From: an uncultured Erysipelotrichaceae bacterium
GTDB lineage: Bacteria > Bacillota_I > Bacilli_A > Erysipelotrichales > Erysipelotrichaceae
DNA: 10,907 nt
Direction of reading: 5' to 3'
Assembly (NCBI GenBank): GCA_964457525.1
Contig: CAYWGS010000050.1
Coordinates: 1-10,907 of the forward strand
The notes beneath the pieces are model-generated. The model was not told the origin of the DNA. It made no database searches and worked only from the letters and a program-made list of their open reading frames with translations. The translations under genes and the position numbers were made by a program. Positions 6,561 to 10,907 of the stretch are shown piece after piece (within the stretch, counting starts at the first letter, position 1; each line of letters opens with the position of its first letter).

Positions 6561-7385
6561 ATGGAAAAAAATGTTCAACTTAAAATAGAAACCATCCTTA
6601 AAGAACCCATCCTTTTCATTGAGGATACGAATAAAGGATTAACCAATAAAAATTATCATGTTCAAACAGAACACTACGATGTAATCGTACGCATTCCACA
6701 TCAAGATAGTTCAAACATTGTTTATCGTGATCATGAAGCACTCGCGTTAGAATGCATAAAATCAACTCAATTAGATGTGAATACAATTTACTATAATCCT
6801 GAAGATGGTATAAAGATAACTAAATATGTACCTGATTTACTAACCTTTAAGGAATATAAAGGGAAAGATAGAATACATCGTACCGCACAACTCATGAAAC
6901 GTCTTCACTCCCTTAATCAATGTATCGGATATGAGTTTAACCCCATTGAACGTTACTTAAAATATCGTAAGAATGTTAAACAACCGATGATTGAAGATAC
7001 GTTATCTAACTCAATCGTAGAATCCCTTAAGTCCATACAAAGAGCCCATACGCTTTGTCATAATGACTGGGTTGCGGGGAATATCTGTTTCAGTCAAACC
7101 AAAGATTACTTAATTGATTATGAGTATGCAGGTGATAATGATCCCTTCTTTGATGTTATGTCCTTTATTACTGAAAATGAACTGACGTATCAAGAAAAAG
7201 AAGAATTTATTCTTTCTTACTTTGGTCGTACACCAACTTCTGAGGAACAAGTACTCCTAAAAACCTATGAACAGTTTCATAATTTATTATGGTGCACTTG
7301 GGCTTGTATGATGTATGAATCAAGAAATGAAGATGTTTATCGAGAAATCGCATTAGATAAATACAACGCATTAAAAAAACTCTAG
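6561..7385 (+). CDS. Choline/ethanolamine-kinase-family phosphotransferase (LicA-like; APH fold)
   Basis: 274 aa. It has GLTNKNYHV near the N-terminus, the Brenner catalytic motif LCHNDWVAGNICF, and the choline-kinase motif LIDYEYAGDNDPFFDVMSF. There is no SD upstream of the ATG. The substrate (choline versus another alcohol, or thiamine) cannot be told from sequence by eye. Confidence 0.75.
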   Translation: MEKNVQLKIETILKEPILFIEDTNKGLTNKNYHVQTEHYDVIVRIPHQDSSNIVYRDHEALALECIKSTQLDVNTIYYNPEDGIKITKYVPDLLTFKEYKGKDRIHRTAQLMKRLHSLNQCIGYEFNPIERYLKYRKNVKQPMIEDTLSNSIVESLKSIQRAHTLCHNDWVAGNICFSQTKDYLIDYEYAGDNDPFFDVMSFITENELTYQEKEEFILSYFGRTPTSEEQVLLKTYEQFHNLLWCTWACMMYESRNEDVYREIALDKYNALKKL

Positions 7386-8257
7386 AATAGAGTTAATTGT
7401 TCATTCGATTCAAATTCGCCAATATACTTAAATATTTCATCCACATCAGAGAGTATCTGATGTTTTTTACACTCTTCTATGAAAATCTTCATGAGTTTAT
7501 CATTATTTGGACTCACTAAACTATAATCATTCCCATAGATTCTCTGATAATCTTTCTTTAGACCTGGAAAATGTTCATCTAGTTTAGCATAGTAATATTC
7601 GCGATCCCCTTCTCTAAGAGTGAGTCCCATTCCAAAACACAATATCCCCTTTACTTTAGCTTCGATACAATAGTTTAATATCCCCCGAATATTCTCTTCT
7701 GTATCATTGATAAATGGTAATATCGGACATAACCATACAATGGTAGGTATCCCATGATCACGAAATACCTTAAGCGCTTCAAAGCGTTCAGATGTACTCG
7801 ATACATTCGGCTCGATAATCTTACATAATGCTTCATCATAGGTCGTAAGTGTCATTTGAATCACAACCTTAGCTTTTTGATTAATTCGTTTTAATTGTTC
7901 TAAGTCTCGCAAGATACGTGTCGATTTTGTAAGAAGTGAAACACCAAATCCATAACGTTCAATCACATCTAAAGCAGCACGTGTATGATTAATACTTGTT
8001 TCTAGGGCGGTATAAGGATCGCTCATTGACCCTGTCACTATGACACATTTCTTCCGTTTACGCTTCAGTGCAGCCTCTAATAACTCAATTGCGTTTGATT
8101 TAACTTCGATGTCTTCAAAGTCATGGTTTATTTGATAACACGTACTTCGACTATCGCAATAAATACACCCGTGTGTACATCCACGTGTGAGATTCATACC
8201 ATTCTTAGGGGACAAAATACTTTTCACTTCTTTTGTGTGCATATCAATATCATACAA
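7382..8257 (-). CDS. Radical SAM protein, COG1533 / SPL-family-like (DNA-repair-photolyase-like annotation class), function unknown
   Basis: 291 aa. The motif RGCTHGCIYCDS (Cys27/31/34, nt 8156-8179) is the CxxxCxxC cluster. It is followed by VTGSMSDPYTALE, typical of the COG1533 group. The track start at 8257 is a TTG. The first ATG is at 8242 (..DIDM..). Neither has a convincing SD, so the start is uncertain by 5 codons. Confidence 0.75.
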   Translation of the reverse strand: MYDIDMHTKEVKSILSPKNGMNLTRGCTHGCIYCDSRSTCYQINHDFEDIEVKSNAIELLEAALKRKRKKCVIVTGSMSDPYTALETSINHTRAALDVIERYGFGVSLLTKSTRILRDLEQLKRINQKAKVVIQMTLTTYDEALCKIIEPNVSSTSERFEALKVFRDHGIPTIVWLCPILPFINDTEENIRGILNYCIEAKVKGILCFGMGLTLREGDREYYYAKLDEHFPGLKKDYQRIYGNDYSLVSPNNDKLMKIFIEECKKHQILSDVDEIFKYIGEFESNEQLTLF

Positions 8258-8288
8258 TAATTATTCGTTATTCGTAGGTAATATTTAG

Positions 8289-9050
8289 ATGTATACTATG
8301 CTTAATAAGAGATATGTAATTATGTCAAAAAATCAAAATTTCCCATTTTGGAGTACATCCACCGATGAAGCACTAAACACCCTTTCATCGCGTTTGGAAG
8401 GATTGAATCAAAAAGAAGTTAAAGATCGATTAAACGAATATGGTCCTAATATATTAAAAGCGAAAAATGACTCTACCCTCATTTTATTTATCAATCAGTT
8501 TAAAAACCCCATCATGTTAATCATGATCATCGCAACAATCATCTCCATTATGACCGGCGATTGGATTGATTCCCTCATAATCTTATTGATTGTATTCGCA
8601 AGTGTCCTTTTAAGTTTCTTCCAAGAATACAGTGCTAATAATGCGGTGAATGATCTGAAATCAAAACTACAACTTAATTGCCAAGTCATTCGTGAGGCAA
8701 AAGAAAGTACTATTTCAGTAGCCGAACTTGTACCTGGGGATATTGTTAAGTTATCAGCTGGAAGCTTGATTCCTGCCGATGGACTTATCCTTGTATGTGA
8801 TGATTTCTATGTTAATCAATCCGTATTGACTGGTGAAGCACTCCCTGTTGAAAAGAAGATAGGAATTCTTGATGTAAATGTGAGTATCCAAGAAAGAGTT
8901 AACACTGTTTTTACAGGCACAACGGTTTATAGTGGAAGCGCTACAATCCTCACCATAAAAACCGCTTCATCCACTGAGATTGGACAAATCGCAACTCAAC
9001 TTTCTAAACAACTTCCGGAAAATGAGTTTGAACGTGGGATTAAACAGTAA
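8289..9050 (+). CDS. mgtA: N-terminal fragment of MgtA-type ATPase as an ORF caller would report it (cation-ATPase N-terminal domain, TM1-2, actuator domain)
   Basis: 253-aa ORF ending at the premature TAA. It contains FW....EAL..L.S...GL...EV..RL..YGPN and LTGEALPVEK. On its own it lacks the phosphorylation and nucleotide-binding domains. Confidence 0.5.
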   Translation: MYTMLNKRYVIMSKNQNFPFWSTSTDEALNTLSSRLEGLNQKEVKDRLNEYGPNILKAKNDSTLILFINQFKNPIMLIMIIATIISIMTGDWIDSLIILLIVFASVLLSFFQEYSANNAVNDLKSKLQLNCQVIREAKESTISVAELVPGDIVKLSAGSLIPADGLILVCDDFYVNQSVLTGEALPVEKKIGILDVNVSIQERVNTVFTGTTVYSGSATILTIKTASSTEIGQIATQLSKQLPENEFERGIKQ

Positions 9051-9071
9051 GGTTACTTATTATCTCAAATC

Positions 9072-10844
9072 ATGTTAATTCTTACATTCATCGTATTTGC
9101 GATCAATGTCCTTTTAAATAAACCTGCAATCGATTCACTCTTATTCTCCGTCGCACTTGCGGTAGGGATTACCCCTCAATTATTACCCGCCATTATAAAT
9201 ATCACATTATCCAGAGGGGCTAAAACAATGGCCAAAGCAGGTGTTATCGTAAGACATCTCACCTCCATCGAGAACTTTGGAAGTATGGATGTACTCTGTA
9301 CCGATAAAACAGGCACAATAACTATGGGTTCTGTTCAACTGAGTCAAGTTCTCGATTCATCAGGTCAAGCATCCGATACGGTTAACTTGTATGCCTATTT
9401 AAATGCTAAACTTCAAATTGGGCTTACTAACTCAATGGATCAAGCAATAATTGATTATAAATCGTTTGAGATTAATCAATTTAATAAGATCGATGAAATT
9501 CCATATGACTTCAAACGTAAATGCTTAAGTATCATCGTAGAAAGTAATCAAGTTTGTACAATGATTACAAAAGGTGCATTTGATTCGATTATGCATAAAT
9601 CTAATCATATCTTAGTGAATAATAAGATTGAAAAATTAGATTCCACATACTACGAAACATTACTCTCATACTATCAAGCATGGGGATCTCAAGGTTATCG
9701 AGTTTTAGGATTAGGAACAAAAACGGTTGAACCTAAAAAACAATACCCTTTATCGGATGAATCTGACTTAACCTTTATTGGTTTCCTCTTATTCTTTGAT
9801 CCACCAAAACCGGACGCAAAAGAGACCATTGAAACACTCAATCAATTAGGTGTGCAACTTAAGATGATTACAGGTGATAATCAATATGTTGCGAAGCATA
9901 CAGCACAGATGGTTGGTTTAAATATAGATAGGATCTTAACAGGACATGATTTACAGAACTTAAGCAATGAAGCACTCTATCAAGTGATTGATCAAGTCAA
10001 TCTATTCTGTGAAGTCGATCCAAGTCAAAAAGAAAAGATTATTGATCTATTAAAGAAACGAAATCATGTGGTTGGATATATGGGAGATGGTATTAATGAT
10101 GCCCCAGCACTCCACAATGCGGATGTCAGTATATCAGTTGATTCTGCGGTGGATGTCGCAAAAGAAGCCGCAAGCTTTGTATTAATGGACAAGAATCTAT
10201 CTGTATTGAAAAATGGAATTCTCTTAGGAAGAACGACATTCGCAAATACACTCAAATACATTTACATCACCACAAGTGCTAACTTTGGCAATATGTTTAG
10301 TATGGCTGGCGCATCACTCATCATGCCTTTCTTACCTCTACTACCAAAACAAATACTCTTAATAAACTTTATTACAGACTTCCCAGCGCTGACCTTATCC
10401 AATGATTCTGTGGATGAAGATATGATTATTCAACCAAAACGTTGGGATATTCGCTGGATTAAGAACTTCATGTTTATCTTTGGGTTGATTAGTTCCTTCT
10501 TTGATTACCTAACTTTCTTTGTACTCTTAGTATTATTCAAAGTAGATCAAAGTGTATTTCAAAGTAGTTGGTTTACAATTTCTATTTTTACAGAGATTGT
10601 TGTGTTGTTAATTATGCGAACAGAAAGAGCATTCTCCAAGAGTAAACCTTCTAAAACGTTATTATATGCTTGTTTATTGGTATTCATATTTACTCTACTT
10701 ATCCCTGTTTTGCCACTCCATGAATTGGTAGATATTAACCAAATTCCATTACCAATATTATCTTCATTAATTGGTATCTTAATTCTTTATATCCTCACTA
10801 CAGAATTCGCAAAATCCATATTCTATAAAAAAATGAGATCCTAA
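9072..10844 (+). CDS. mgtA: C-terminal fragment of MgtA-type ATPase as an ORF caller would report it (TM3-4, P and N domains, TM5-10)
   Basis: 590-aa ORF starting at an internal Met of the TM3 helix. There is no SD in the 21 nt after the TAA (GGTTACTTATTATCTCAAATC), so independent translation is doubtful. Confidence 0.45.
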   Translation: MLILTFIVFAINVLLNKPAIDSLLFSVALAVGITPQLLPAIINITLSRGAKTMAKAGVIVRHLTSIENFGSMDVLCTDKTGTITMGSVQLSQVLDSSGQASDTVNLYAYLNAKLQIGLTNSMDQAIIDYKSFEINQFNKIDEIPYDFKRKCLSIIVESNQVCTMITKGAFDSIMHKSNHILVNNKIEKLDSTYYETLLSYYQAWGSQGYRVLGLGTKTVEPKKQYPLSDESDLTFIGFLLFFDPPKPDAKETIETLNQLGVQLKMITGDNQYVAKHTAQMVGLNIDRILTGHDLQNLSNEALYQVIDQVNLFCEVDPSQKEKIIDLLKKRNHVVGYMGDGINDAPALHNADVSISVDSAVDVAKEAASFVLMDKNLSVLKNGILLGRTTFANTLKYIYITTSANFGNMFSMAGASLIMPFLPLLPKQILLINFITDFPALTLSNDSVDEDMIIQPKRWDIRWIKNFMFIFGLISSFFDYLTFFVLLVLFKVDQSVFQSSWFTISIFTEIVVLLIMRTERAFSKSKPSKTLLYACLLVFIFTLLIPVLPLHELVDINQIPLPILSSLIGILILYILTTEFAKSIFYKKMRS

Positions 10845-10858
10845 GATCTCATTTTAAT
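10827..10858. terminator. Bidirectional rho-independent terminator shared by mgtA and the convergent downstream gene
   Basis: Stem ATGAGATC (10833-10840) / GATCTCAT (10845-10852) with loop CTAA, extendable by A:T pairs. It is flanked by A7 (10827-10833) and TTTT (10852-10855). The minus-strand reading therefore has the longer U-tract. The stem includes the mgtA stop codon (10842-10844). Confidence 0.55.
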
Positions 10859-10907
10859 TATTCACCTTTTTCTAAAGCTTTTTTAGCTTTGTCAACGATG
10901 CTTGTGA
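10858..10907 (-). CDS. 3' end (16 codons) of an unidentified convergent gene entering from the right edge
   Basis: The minus-strand frame reads ...TSIVDKAKKALEKGE then TAA (10860-10858), placed immediately before the bidirectional terminator. It is too short for any family call. Confidence 0.3.
   Translation of the reverse strand, partial: TSIVDKAKKALEKGE

Larger units (their letters stand above)
8289..10844 (+). pseudogene. mgtA: Magnesium-translocating P-type ATPase (MgtA type) interrupted by one in-frame TAA at 9048-9050
   Basis: ORFs 8289-9050 and 9072-10844 are in the same frame (both start coordinates are divisible by 3). Reading through gives ...ENEFERGIKQ*GYLLSQIMLILTFIVF..., which is colinear with E. 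coli MgtA (..FQQGISRVSMLLIRFMLVM..). All P-type motifs are intact: TGEA (actuator), DKTGT at 9303-9317, MITGDN and GDGINDAPAL. The MgtA-specific LLPKQILLINFITDF...DSVDEDMI.QPKRW is also present. The true start may be the ATG at 8322 (MSKNQNFPFW...) rather than 8289. Confidence 0.6.

Noticed and set aside
4900-8257. Two radical SAM genes flanking a kinase as a possible biosynthetic gene cluster
   Set aside because: The three genes are on three separate transcription units (divergent, then convergent). There is no precursor peptide, transporter, or tailoring or regulatory gene. The arrangement is better explained by chance juxtaposition.
8258-8321. Expected Mg2+-sensing leader (M-box riboswitch) upstream of mgtA
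   Set aside because: Only 31-64 nt separate the divergent radical SAM start from the possible mgtA starts. That is far too short for an M-box (well over 100 nt), and no extended pairing is visible. I noted a TATACT -10-like hexamer (8292-8297) and a tandem TTATTCG x2 (8261-8274), but the -35 match is poor, so I do not call a promoter.
9048-9050. In-frame TAA in mgtA as evidence for an alternative genetic code or stop-codon reassignment
   Set aside because: At least six other well-supported genes in this window (comK, the RidA-family gene, trmL, the 181-aa membrane protein, the B12-binding radical SAM gene and mgtA itself) end in TAA at positions consistent with homologue lengths. TAG and TGA are also used as stops. 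No reassignment is indicated.
1-10907. Search for CRISPR repeats, tRNA/rRNA, IS or transposon ends, integrases, toxin-antitoxin or other defence modules
   Set aside because: There are no regularly spaced direct repeats, no cloverleaf-capable intergenic region (the largest gap is about 50 nt), no terminal inverted repeats, and no recombinase-like ORF. The window reads as core chromosome rather than an accessory island.

Overview
About 33% GC, gene-dense chromosomal segment that looks like a low-GC Bacillota genome. It uses the standard genetic code: TAA, TAG and TGA all end well-supported genes. I see no rRNA, tRNA, CRISPR array, IS element or integrase. Positions 1-6513 are all minus strand. 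A tightly packed chain runs B12-binding radical SAM, rdgB, a DUF1461(Lit-like)-TraX fusion membrane protein, trmL, a 181-aa membrane protein, an unlisted 48-aa membrane peptide and a RidA-family protein. The first five genes overlap each other by 4-29 nt. A clear intrinsic terminator follows, then comK and the 5' part of a YitT-family gene that runs off the window. A 47-bp divergent intergenic region holding a perfect 12-bp inverted repeat separates this block from a plus-strand choline-kinase-like gene. That gene converges on a second, COG1533/SPL-like radical SAM gene, and their stop codons overlap in CTAG. The right third is an MgtA-type Mg2+ P-type ATPase with one in-frame TAA, followed by a bidirectional terminator and the last 16 codons of a convergent gene. 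The most unusual items are: (i) a RidA enzyme with a duplicated Cys/Asp/His/Gly-rich, metallothionein-like C-terminal tail; (ii) a fusion of a Lit-like lipoprotein transacylase domain to a TraX-like domain; (iii) the nonsense-interrupted mgtA; (iv) the symmetric divergent promoter or operator with apparently leaderless starts. No defence or mobile system is evident. All family calls come from motif recognition by eye and need database confirmation.
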